Assembly (NCBI GenBank): GCA_050012755.1 | Contig: JBEKGO010000003.1 | Coordinates: 29,168 to 93,167 of the forward strand | DNA: 64,000 nucleotides | Origin: Candidatus Bathyarchaeia archaeon | Lineage (GTDB): Archaea > Thermoproteota > Bathyarchaeia > Bathyarchaeales > Bathycorpusculaceae | Direction: 5' to 3' | Shown: positions 1-8,510 of the stretch, piece by piece | Position numbering within the stretch: the stretch's first letter is position 1 | Layout: each line of letters begins with the position of its first letter | Notes under the pieces: model-generated | Seen by the model: only the letters and a program-made list of their open reading frames with translations | The model's database searches: none | Told to the model about the DNA's origin: nothing | Translations under genes and position numbers: made by a program

Positions 1-323
1 TAGATGGATCCAAACTGAAAATTCCAGATAATGTGCTTGATCTAATGTTTATTGCAGGAAACGAAGCTGTAAATCTATACGTAAAGTCGGTGGAAACCTT
101 CTTTTCTAAAGATCTTTTGAAGGCAGTTGAAATTCTTAGGCAAAGACAAGGAATTGACAGGTTGGATCAAGAAATAGCAGCTAGAGCGTTTACAGAAAAA
201 CAAAAAAAGGAACAATTGGTTTGTGGAATTTGTTCTATCAGAGAGAATATAAAAAGAATTGCGGACTGTGCCGCAAACATTGCCGAGATCTCGATAAATC
301 GAGCTTTTACTGTCCCTGTTTAG
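1..323 (+). CDS. PhoU-domain phosphate uptake regulator, C-terminal part (5' truncated by window edge)
   Basis: Helical PhoU-like pattern 'ENIKRIADCAANIAE'; frame appears to run in from the window edge. Confidence 0.75.
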   Translation, partial: DGSKLKIPDNVLDLMFIAGNEAVNLYVKSVETFFSKDLLKAVEILRQRQGIDRLDQEIAARAFTEKQKKEQLVCGICSIRENIKRIADCAANIAEISINRAFTVPV

Positions 324-2046
324 GATTTTTTGATGGTGGATAGCTTAGAGTCAACGTCAACTTGGTTGGAAATAGCTCTTTCTCTTTCTGGAGCAGTGTT
401 CGTGCAAGTGGGAAGTCACTGTTGTAATTGTATACTTCTTTTCCGTTAGATTTTGCGTCGCGCAATATTTCTTTTTCAAGTTTGTGTTTTAGGTCTCCGA
501 CTGTAAGAGCTCCAATTGTGAAGATTCCAGGTAGCATTTCTCTCATGTCGTCTTTTAATTCGATACCTTCGACACCAAAGGGTGGTACTGCGTTTATGTC
601 AAGTAGGACTTTCATGGTTTTGACGTCATTGAGCATTTCTTTGTCTATAATGCGGACACCTCTTACTCCAGCGCACATTACTACGTCAGCTTTCTTAATG
701 ATTTCAATTTTTGAAGCCGGAGTTGGTGCGAAAATTCCTTCAACTTGGACGCCGTGATCTTTTGCCAGAAGTTTAGATATGCCGTCAGCATGTTCTTTTC
801 CGTCAACGCGTTTTGGATTAAGGCTGGCAATCATTACGTTGCATCCCATTTTGGCCAAGAGAACCGCAGCTATCTGTCCAACAGCGCCTGTGCCGAGAAT
901 AGCGACAGTCTTGGTTTTCAATTCGCCGAGTTTGCTTGTTGCAAGTGCGTTTTCAGCTTTTGCTACCATTGCAGCGGCAGTTGTGTATGCGCCTGCAGGA
1001 TCGACGATTATGCTGGTTTTGAATGGTGGAAACATCGAGTTTTTTGCTGCTTCAAACACTTGTTCAGCTCTCTCAGCGTTTTTCCCGCCGATTAAGAAGC
1101 ATGTGTGTTTAACGGCTTTTGGTCCTCTTGAAAGTAAAGCATCTAGCACTATGGTTTTTGCATCTTCAGGAATGATGTTTTCGTAAGGAATTACAGCGTC
1201 GTATCCAGCATCATAAGCCATGCAGATATCAAACGGGCTTGCTTTAACATCAGTGTCAAGATAGAATAACAGGTAAGGTGCATTTTCGTTTTTTGAAATA
1301 ACGGGCTTAACTTGGATTTGCATCGATGTTAGCCAGTTTTCCATTTCTTGGGAAGATGGGCTTTCAACTTGTGAGGAGATTACTTTTTTTGAGAGTTTTG
1401 CGATTTCCACTTTGACATTGAGTGTTTCTAAAAGTTGCTTTATTCCGGCTACGTGTTCGGGGCTGCAGATATGTAGACAGGTTATTTCGTTTTTGTTTTG
1501 AACCTCTCTAGCATGCTCCATTATACCCATGGCTATCCAGCTTTCTCTAACGGAGAAATTGACTTCACGTTCTTGTTCTTCTATTTCGGATTGTACACTC
1601 TGTCCGTATGCGACAAGGTAGTCTCTTTCTGTTGAATCGCTGAGTTTTTGTTTGTTTAGGTTTTCTATGTTCTTGATTATGCTGTCTCTTAGTGATACTT
1701 TCTTGTCAACAGCTGTTAAAAGGTAAGTTTTGGCTTCGCTGTCAATATCAACTGGGAAGAACGGGATTCTGCTTTTTTGGAAAACGTCAGCTAAAATGTT
1801 GTCTTCAAAGAATTCTTTTTGATTTCGGCTGCCTAATTCTTCTGTCACGAAGTCTACGTTTACTTTGGCTACGACATTTTCGACGAATTTGTAAAAGCCG
1901 ATGGACGGTCTCAATAGAACTTGGAGAACGTTTGGTTTTGGTGATGAAAATTTTTCGAAAAGCTGAAAGGGTTCGTTGTATTCTTTTTCTTGAATCATTA
2001 CAGTTAAGTTCTTTTTTTCAAGCGGTTTTAATTCAAGTACTTTCAT
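307..2046 (-). CDS. NAD(P)-dependent methylene-H4MPT dehydrogenase (MtdA/MtdB-like) with ~250-aa N-terminal extra domain
   Basis: SPFDICMAYDAGYD, DPAGAYTTAAAMV, GTGAVG Rossmann motif and DINAVPPFGVEG match the MtdB family. Confidence 0.85.
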   Translation of the reverse strand: MKVLELKPLEKKNLTVMIQEKEYNEPFQLFEKFSSPKPNVLQVLLRPSIGFYKFVENVVAKVNVDFVTEELGSRNQKEFFEDNILADVFQKSRIPFFPVDIDSEAKTYLLTAVDKKVSLRDSIIKNIENLNKQKLSDSTERDYLVAYGQSVQSEIEEQEREVNFSVRESWIAMGIMEHAREVQNKNEITCLHICSPEHVAGIKQLLETLNVKVEIAKLSKKVISSQVESPSSQEMENWLTSMQIQVKPVISKNENAPYLLFYLDTDVKASPFDICMAYDAGYDAVIPYENIIPEDAKTIVLDALLSRGPKAVKHTCFLIGGKNAERAEQVFEAAKNSMFPPFKTSIIVDPAGAYTTAAAMVAKAENALATSKLGELKTKTVAILGTGAVGQIAAVLLAKMGCNVMIASLNPKRVDGKEHADGISKLLAKDHGVQVEGIFAPTPASKIEIIKKADVVMCAGVRGVRIIDKEMLNDVKTMKVLLDINAVPPFGVEGIELKDDMREMLPGIFTIGALTVGDLKHKLEKEILRDAKSNGKEVYNYNSDFPLARTLLQKEKELFPTKLTLTLSYPPSKNPKQGQ

Positions 2047-2104
2047 GTTTTTTCTTCCTTTTTGGAAAAAAGGAATGGTGGTGGAAAATATATACCTAGC
2101 CGAA

Positions 2105-2132
2105 ATACCATATATCCAAATATATATGGTAT
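2105..2132. promoter_or_regulatory. Perfect 11-bp inverted repeat upstream of the mtdB-like gene, candidate operator
   Basis: ATACCATATAT-ccaaat-ATATATGGTAT. Confidence 0.5.
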
Positions 2133-2156
2133 ATACAATAACCGCTGGTAATTATT

Positions 2157-3065
2157 TTATAACGGTTCTTCGGAAAAAGTGGGGGCTAGCATCAGTCTGG
2201 TCTTGAACTTTTCTTTGCCATCTTTAGCATGTGGCTTTCTCAGCAAAGTGTCATTGTATTTTTCGATTTCACGAGCATCTTCCGCAAGTCTAGCAGCCGC
2301 TTGCGCCACTTCATGTGCGGAGGCTACAAGCGGAATGTATTTCTCGCTTTCTTTCTCCATAAAGCATGCTTGAGTATTAATTTCGGCTACTTTTTCGGCC
2401 ATTGCATATGCAGCGATTGCTTTTGCTTTTGCATAGGGATTATTAAAGAAAGTTTGATCGCGTATAGTTGAGATGTCGATGACTAATTTTGGCAGACTGG
2501 GCGGTTGTTCGGCTTCGATGGCGTAAATTACTTTGTCTATTTCTTGGTAAACTAGGCGGTAAACTCCCGTTATAGCAAGAATTTTGTTTATATTGGAGTT
2601 GAAAACTGCCATTTCAATAGGATCCAAAAATTCTTTTCGCGCTCCAATAAGCGGGTCTCCAGTTATTATTAAATAGCCTAAACCTTGCTTCTCAATATCT
2701 GCTTTGATGCGTTTGCCTGGAGCATCTGTAATGACTATTCCTGGCAATTTCCTGCCTGCAACAGCCTCCCTAGCTTTTGAGGGACCAGGCAATGCTGTAT
2801 TAGGAGAAATTATTATCATTAAGTCAGGGTTAAACTCAAATATCTTGGGCAAAGCTTCCTCAACGTCTTCTGGGTTCATTTTTGAACCTGATGTTACGGT
2901 TCTTACTTTGATATCTTTTCGATCAGCTAATTCATCGAGTAGGAGTTCGAGACATGGTGATGTTCCAATGTTTCCACATTTGAAAATTCCAATTTTTTTA
3001 GGTATTATTTCTACTTTAGGTTGCTGTTCCGCCAATTTGAAATTACTCCTTAGTATTAGGACCAC
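2157..3065 (-). CDS. mtd: F420-dependent methylene-H4MPT dehydrogenase (true start probably ~3035)
   Basis: KIGIFKCGNIGTS, LLDELADRKDI, DPLIGARKEFLDPIEMAVFN, NPYAKAKA, ASAHE. Confidence 0.93.
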   Translation of the reverse strand: MVLILRSNFKLAEQQPKVEIIPKKIGIFKCGNIGTSPCLELLLDELADRKDIKVRTVTSGSKMNPEDVEEALPKIFEFNPDLMIIISPNTALPGPSKAREAVAGRKLPGIVITDAPGKRIKADIEKQGLGYLIITGDPLIGARKEFLDPIEMAVFNSNINKILAITGVYRLVYQEIDKVIYAIEAEQPPSLPKLVIDISTIRDQTFFNNPYAKAKAIAAYAMAEKVAEINTQACFMEKESEKYIPLVASAHEVAQAAARLAEDAREIEKYNDTLLRKPHAKDGKEKFKTRLMLAPTFSEEPL

Positions 3066-3218
3066 CTGTTATCCTTTTAAAATTTGTCATAATATGCAGT
3101 TGATGATTAATTGCCTTAATTTCTAAGAAGAAGCGCACGGAGTTTATTTTGAACCGCAATTGTTTTATAAGTTTGTTCTCAGAATTCTATCCATAAAAAC
3201 TTAGAAGGCGCTTCAACT

Positions 3219-4262
3219 TTGTCTATAAATGAGAATTTAGCTAAACTCTCAAACGCCTGCGGAGTAACAGGCAGAGAAAATGAAGTTAGAGAATTAATGA
3301 TTCGACTTATGACGCCCTACGCGGACGAAATAGTTGTCGATAGACTTGAAAACGTCATAGCAATAAAAAAAGGAAAAGAAAAATCACCCAAAATCATGCT
3401 AGCTGCCCACATGGACGAAGTCGGCTTGATGGTGAAAACTATTACTAAAGAAGGGTTTCTGCAATTCGCTAAAATGGGCGGAATAGACGACCGCATATTA
3501 CCTGCTCAAAAAGTTACAGTTTTCTCAAGAAAAGGTACGTTTCCTGGCATAATCGGGTCTAAACCGCCGCACATTCAAAAAGAAGAAGAGAGAAAAAAAA
3601 TTATAACATCCGATGAGCTCTTCATTGACGTGGGAGCAGAGAGCAAAGACGACGCATTAGCAATGGGCGTCTCAGTCGGCGACCCAATAAGTTTTGACAT
3701 TCAATACGTTCATTTAGGCAAAGACGTCGTTATGGGCAAAGCTTTTGATAATCGAGCAGGCTGCGTTACCATGATTGAAGCCCTTAAACTAATGGAAAAA
3801 ACTGACTTCACAATCTATGCTGTCGGCACTATTCAGGAAGAGGTAGGATTGCGTGGAGCAGGCCCAGCAGCCTTCAGCATCGACCCTGACGTGGCAATAG
3901 CCCTTGACGTAACCATTGCAGGTGACACCCCGGGGGTAAAAGAGTTTGATACCACAGTAAAGATGGGGAAAGGACCAGCGCTGACAATCACAGATTCAGG
4001 ACTAATCACTTCAGGAAAGATTTTGCGATGGCTTTTGGACTCGGCTGAAGAGGAAAAAATACCCTTCCAGATTGAAACGGGCTTAATGGGCTCAACTGAC
4101 GCAGCAAGAATTTCTCTTACACGACAAGGCATTCCATGCGGCAACATATCGATGCCCGTACGTTACATTCACAGTCCAGTAGGCATGCTTTCCCTCAAAG
4201 ACATAGAAAACTCAGCTAAACTAACAGTTGCAGCGATACAAAGAACTAAAAAATATTTCTAA
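3219..4262 (+). CDS. M42 family (TET) aminopeptidase
   Basis: AAHMDEVG, KAFDNRAG, QEEVGLRGA, STDA, RYIHSP motifs. Confidence 0.93.
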   Translation: MSINENLAKLSNACGVTGRENEVRELMIRLMTPYADEIVVDRLENVIAIKKGKEKSPKIMLAAHMDEVGLMVKTITKEGFLQFAKMGGIDDRILPAQKVTVFSRKGTFPGIIGSKPPHIQKEEERKKIITSDELFIDVGAESKDDALAMGVSVGDPISFDIQYVHLGKDVVMGKAFDNRAGCVTMIEALKLMEKTDFTIYAVGTIQEEVGLRGAGPAAFSIDPDVAIALDVTIAGDTPGVKEFDTTVKMGKGPALTITDSGLITSGKILRWLLDSAEEEKIPFQIETGLMGSTDAARISLTRQGIPCGNISMPVRYIHSPVGMLSLKDIENSAKLTVAAIQRTKKYF

Positions 4263-4324
4263 GCAGGCGAAGTACAATGACGCGTGACCAAATTCTGTTT
4301 GTGTAGGCTGTTGAAATTGTGCAA

Positions 4325-4470
4325 GTTTTGGCGCAAAATTTTTTCTTTGTGTTCCAGTTTGCTTCTTTGGTTCAGGGTCTGCCTCATTTGCAGGTTGCGT
4401 CTAGATTCGTCCCAATTCGTCTTGATTCGTCCCAAAACGTCCCGATTCGTCCCAAAAAGTCCTGAAAAGT
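4325..4470 (-). repeat. Dispersed element copy A: conserved 76-bp block (4325-4400) plus eight 10-bp phased units
   Basis: CGT/AGT ends at 4400, 4410 ... 4470; the 76-bp block matches the reverse complement of 62976-63051 without gaps (13 mismatches by manual alignment). Confidence 0.85.
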
Positions 4471-4579
4471 CTTGGATAAAACCTGTGCCAAACTAATCAA
4501 AGCTGCAATTAAAAATTTTCTAGAACTAGAACGGCAATGACAAATCAGCAAAAGCATTTTAGACAATGGCACTCAATAC

Positions 4580-5050
4580 TTGTTGTGGCTTAAAATGGAC
4601 AAGAACACAGCAGAGAAATTTTCTGGAAAATTTGAGTTTCTAGAACATACTGCAGATGTTTTCATTCGAGCTCATGGTAATACAATGGAAGAAGCCTACG
4701 AAAACGCTGCGCTTGCAATGTTCGAGACTATGACTGATTCCGAGAAAATCGCTCAAACACAAGAACAAACCTTAGAGGTTGAAGCCGAAGACCAATATGC
4801 GTTGCTTTATAATTGGCTTGAAGCTTTGCTTGTAAAGTTTGAAACAGAAAATATGTTGTATTCCAAATTTCAAATCACAAATTGGCAAGAAACACCTGAA
4901 ATCTTCAAATTTAAAGCAAAAATCTGGGGCGAAAAATTTGATTCCCAAAAGCATCCGCAAAAAGTCGCTGTTAAGGCAGTGACCTATCATAGAATGGTTA
5001 TAATAAGGGAAAAAGACCGAGTGGTCTTAGAGTTTATTTTAGATATCTAA
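4580..5050 (+). CDS. Archease
   Basis: FEFLEHTAD and VKAVTYH ... FILDI motifs. Confidence 0.95.
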   Translation: MLWLKMDKNTAEKFSGKFEFLEHTADVFIRAHGNTMEEAYENAALAMFETMTDSEKIAQTQEQTLEVEAEDQYALLYNWLEALLVKFETENMLYSKFQITNWQETPEIFKFKAKIWGEKFDSQKHPQKVAVKAVTYHRMVIIREKDRVVLEFILDI

Positions 5051-5712
5051 GCAAGCTTGAGTTTCTTTAAGTCAGTTATTATCTGCTCTACGATTGGTTC
5101 TGGCGGTTGATCAAGGTTTTTGGTGCCCGAGATTACGAAGGGAATCTTTTTCTGTTTGAAGAATTCTATCAGCGGCTTCGTTTGTTCTTTGTATACTTGG
5201 AGTCTTTTCTTTATAACTTCAGGGTTATCATCCGATCGCTGATAAAGTGGTCCCCCGCATTTGTCGCAAACGTCTTCTATTTTTGGCTTTAAGAATCGTA
5301 CATTATAGACGGTTCCGCAGTTGCGGCATATTCTGCGAGTTGATAAGCGCTCAATAATTATGGAATCTGACACATCGAGCATGAGAATAACATCAATTTT
5401 TGTGAAAGTATCTAGCATTTTTGCTTGTTCCGTTGTACGGGGGAACCCATCCAAGATGAAGCCTTTGCCTTTGGGAATTTTGCTTATACGCTGCTTTAAA
5501 ACCTCAATGACAACTTCATCTGGAACAAGCAGCCCCTTCTCCACATAACCCTTAACTTTCTTGCCAAGTTCAGAATTCTCTTTGATTAATTCGCGGAAAA
5601 TATCGCCTGTGGCGATGACTTCCACACCAAGTTTTGCTTGAAGCCTCGAAGCATAGGTTCCTTTTCCAGCGCCTGGCGCTCCCAACATTATTGCTTTCAA
5701 TTCAGTTGCCAA
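5047..5712 (-). CDS. adk: Adenylate kinase (long, Zn-lid type)
   Basis: GAPGAGKGT, LDGFPRT, CxxC...CxxC lid, RSDDN. Confidence 0.95.
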   Translation of the reverse strand: MATELKAIMLGAPGAGKGTYASRLQAKLGVEVIATGDIFRELIKENSELGKKVKGYVEKGLLVPDEVVIEVLKQRISKIPKGKGFILDGFPRTTEQAKMLDTFTKIDVILMLDVSDSIIIERLSTRRICRNCGTVYNVRFLKPKIEDVCDKCGGPLYQRSDDNPEVIKKRLQVYKEQTKPLIEFFKQKKIPFVISGTKNLDQPPEPIVEQIITDLKKLKLA

Positions 5713-5942
5713 CCTTTAGTTTCAACAAAGACGCGGTATCTGTAATTAAATTTTGCGTGTCCATTTTTTCAATCGGTGAGGTGGATAGGCTAATCTACAA
5801 TTTCTGTTTTGCTCAGCTGCCTGCGGGTAAGTCAATGTTTATGCAATTTGTTGATGCATTTTGTAGATACAAGTTCTGCTTGTGAAATTTTTACGGAAAC
5901 GTTTATGGCATAACAGCCCTCAAGCCTAACTAAGGTGAAGCT

Positions 5943-6860
5943 TTGCATTCAAGAGAGATCGGGAAAAACCTCTTTCAAGTCGAGTTGGAGACGGGCGGAT
6001 TCAAAAATCTCATTTGCAGTTACATAATAAAAGCACCTAAAATTACTCTTGTGGAGTCGGGTCCAACTTCTTCAGTTCCCAACCTTGTTACTGGCTTAAA
6101 AGAACTTCACATACCCCTTGAGGATGTTGAATACCTAGCCATTACACATGTTCACTTAGACCACGGCGGCGGCGCTGGCACCTTGCTAAAGCTTCTGCCA
6201 AACGCCAAAGTCCTTGTTCACGCAAGAGGCATGCTTCACCTTATCAATCCTGACCGTCTTTGGCAATCAGCCCAAACAGTTCTTGGGTTTGTTAGCGAAA
6301 TCTTCGGCAAGCCTGAACCTGTGCCAAAAGAACGGATAATCCCTGTAACAGAGGGCGCCTTTGATTTAGGCGACGGCGCCAAATTGAAGGTTATCGAAAC
6401 GCTGGGTCATGCTTCACACAATCTTAGCTACCAAGAAACATTCAACGGCGGTGTTTTTCCGGGTGATGCTGCTGGCACCTATTTTCCAGAGTTTGATGTT
6501 GTAATTCCAACTTCGCCGCCGCCGTTCCGTTTGGACGCAGCATTATCTTCTTTGGATAAATTAATCAATTTACGACCAACCGCTCTCTATTACAGCCATT
6601 TTGGAAAAGCAACTGATGCAATTTCACGCCTTAGAGACTACAAAGTCCAACTGGAATTATGGGCAAGAATTGCAGAAGAAGGAGTGAAGCAAAACTGGAG
6701 TCTTGAACAAATTCGTGATAGAATTGTTGATGAAGACAAAGTGATGAGTCAGGTTGAAATTGCCTCTTTCATTAAGTCTCATCGTATTTACTCAAAAACG
6801 GTTCTGGAAAACAGCGTAAAAGGTTTTATCGATTATGCAAAGCAGAAACAGGCTTCGTAA
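5943..6860 (+). CDS. Metallo-beta-lactamase fold hydrolase
   Basis: THVHLDHGGG, GHASH, GDAAG, YSHFG. Confidence 0.9.
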   Translation: MHSREIGKNLFQVELETGGFKNLICSYIIKAPKITLVESGPTSSVPNLVTGLKELHIPLEDVEYLAITHVHLDHGGGAGTLLKLLPNAKVLVHARGMLHLINPDRLWQSAQTVLGFVSEIFGKPEPVPKERIIPVTEGAFDLGDGAKLKVIETLGHASHNLSYQETFNGGVFPGDAAGTYFPEFDVVIPTSPPPFRLDAALSSLDKLINLRPTALYYSHFGKATDAISRLRDYKVQLELWARIAEEGVKQNWSLEQIRDRIVDEDKVMSQVEIASFIKSHRIYSKTVLENSVKGFIDYAKQKQAS

Positions 6861-6905
6861 ACGTTTATAATCTCATTTCTCTTTTGTTTGAAAAGGTGAA
6901 GAATT

Positions 6906-8384
6906 TTGGGCGAAAGTGAAAGCAGAGCTGTTCCTGAGAGAGTTCCTTTGGAAAAAGTTAATGATTACATGTGGCGTATTCCCAATTACAAGCCTGCAAT
7001 GCGTGTTCCAGGAATGGTTTTTGCTAATGAAATGCTTCTGGATAAAATGAAGACTGATCGTACTCTTTGGCAATGCTCAAATGTGGCACAGTTGCCTGGA
7101 ATTTACAAGTATGCTGTAACATTGCCAGATGGACATGAAGGATATGGCTTTCCCATTGGCGGTGTGGCAGCAACAGACTATGACAACGGCGTAATCAGCC
7201 CGGGTGGAGTAGGCTATGACATTAATTGTGGTGTTCGCTTGCTAGCCACCACGCTCACAGAACAAGAGATCAGACCTAAACTTGCACCTTTAGCCGATGC
7301 CATTTTCCGTAATGTTCCTTCTGGGCTTGGAAGTCGACGAAAAGATCTCTCAATTTCCTCTTCTGACTTGGACCATTTAGCGGTTGAGGGAGTACCGTGG
7401 CTAGTCAAACGCGGGTTCGGATGGCCAGAGGACGCAGAACACTGCGAAGAAAAAGGTGCCATGCCCAATGCAAACCCAGAAAAAGTTTCATCAACAGCTA
7501 AAAGCAGAGGAATAACCCAGATTGGCACATTAGGTTCAGGAAACCACTTCTTGGAAATACAAAAAGTGGACAAAATTTATAATCCCAAAACAGCCAAGGC
7601 TTTTGGAATCACGCAGGAAGGCCAAGTAACCGTAATGATCCATTGCGGTTCGCGAGGCTATGGTCACCAAGTCTGTTCTGACTACTTAAGAGTCATGGAG
7701 CACGCAGTAATAAAATACAAAATAACTCTTCCCGACCGCGAATTAGCTTGTGCCCCTGGTAATAGCAATGAAGCCCGTGATTATTTCCAAGCTATGGCTT
7801 GCGCTGTTAACTACGCATTTTGTAATCGCCATGCAATTATGCATTGGGTTAGACAAAGCTTTCAACAAGTCTTCCAGCAGCCACCTGAAAACTTTGGTTT
7901 AAAACTTGTTTATGACGTAACCCATAACATTGCCAAAGTAGAAACCCACAGGATAGATGGAAGAGAAAAGAAGGTTTGGGTTCACCGCAAAGGAGCAACA
8001 CGCGCTTTCCCGCCTGGTCACTCAGATATTCCAGCAGATTACCGTAGCGAAGGACAACCTGTGCTAATTCCTGGCAGCATGGGTACTAGTTCATGGGTTC
8101 TAGCAGGTGCCGAAAAGGCTATGGACTTGACTTTTGGTTCGACCGCGCATGGAGCAGGCAGAATGATGAGCCGTTCTGCGGCTAAACGGCAATATTGGGG
8201 CGGAGAAATAAAAGCGTCTTTAGAGAAGAGAGGCATTGTTGTTCGTGCAGCCAGTGCTTCGGTTTTGGCTGAAGAAGCTGACCCAGCTTACAAAAACGTG
8301 GACGTTGTAGCGGACGTTAGTGATAAGGTTGGGATTGCCACTAAGGTTGCCAGGCTTGTTCCATTAGCCGTTGTAAAAGGATAA
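6906..8384 (+). CDS. rtcB: RNA-splicing ligase RtcB
   Basis: PDGHEGYGFPIGG, GYDINCG, GSGNHFLE, HRKGATRA, HGAGR, AVVKG. Confidence 0.97.
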   Translation: MGESESRAVPERVPLEKVNDYMWRIPNYKPAMRVPGMVFANEMLLDKMKTDRTLWQCSNVAQLPGIYKYAVTLPDGHEGYGFPIGGVAATDYDNGVISPGGVGYDINCGVRLLATTLTEQEIRPKLAPLADAIFRNVPSGLGSRRKDLSISSSDLDHLAVEGVPWLVKRGFGWPEDAEHCEEKGAMPNANPEKVSSTAKSRGITQIGTLGSGNHFLEIQKVDKIYNPKTAKAFGITQEGQVTVMIHCGSRGYGHQVCSDYLRVMEHAVIKYKITLPDRELACAPGNSNEARDYFQAMACAVNYAFCNRHAIMHWVRQSFQQVFQQPPENFGLKLVYDVTHNIAKVETHRIDGREKKVWVHRKGATRAFPPGHSDIPADYRSEGQPVLIPGSMGTSSWVLAGAEKAMDLTFGSTAHGAGRMMSRSAAKRQYWGGEIKASLEKRGIVVRAASASVLAEEADPAYKNVDVVADVSDKVGIATKVARLVPLAVVKG

Positions 8385-8510
8385 CACTGTGCAACCTTTT
8401 TCTATCAAACCTTCTTTTTGTAATTCTTTTGGCATTTGTTTGGGAAATTGTATATCAAGAAGATAGCAATCCAATAATTACTGACCGCCCAAAAAGTAGG
8501 AAAGCGTAAC

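Noticed and set aside
428-1186. Plus-strand ORFs inside the mtdB-like gene, and similar antisense ORFs throughout the window
   Set aside because: Shadow frames of well-supported genes.
4399-4475. CRISPR array
   Set aside because: Units are 10 bp and contiguous with no spacers; no cas genes in the window.
4284-4572. ORFs 4284-4496 and 4384-4572 as proteins
   Set aside because: They overlie the repeat element; the equivalent frames in copy B contain stops or lack starts.
4580-8384. Archease plus RtcB as a novel system
   Set aside because: Well-known tRNA ligase partnership; proximity is expected.
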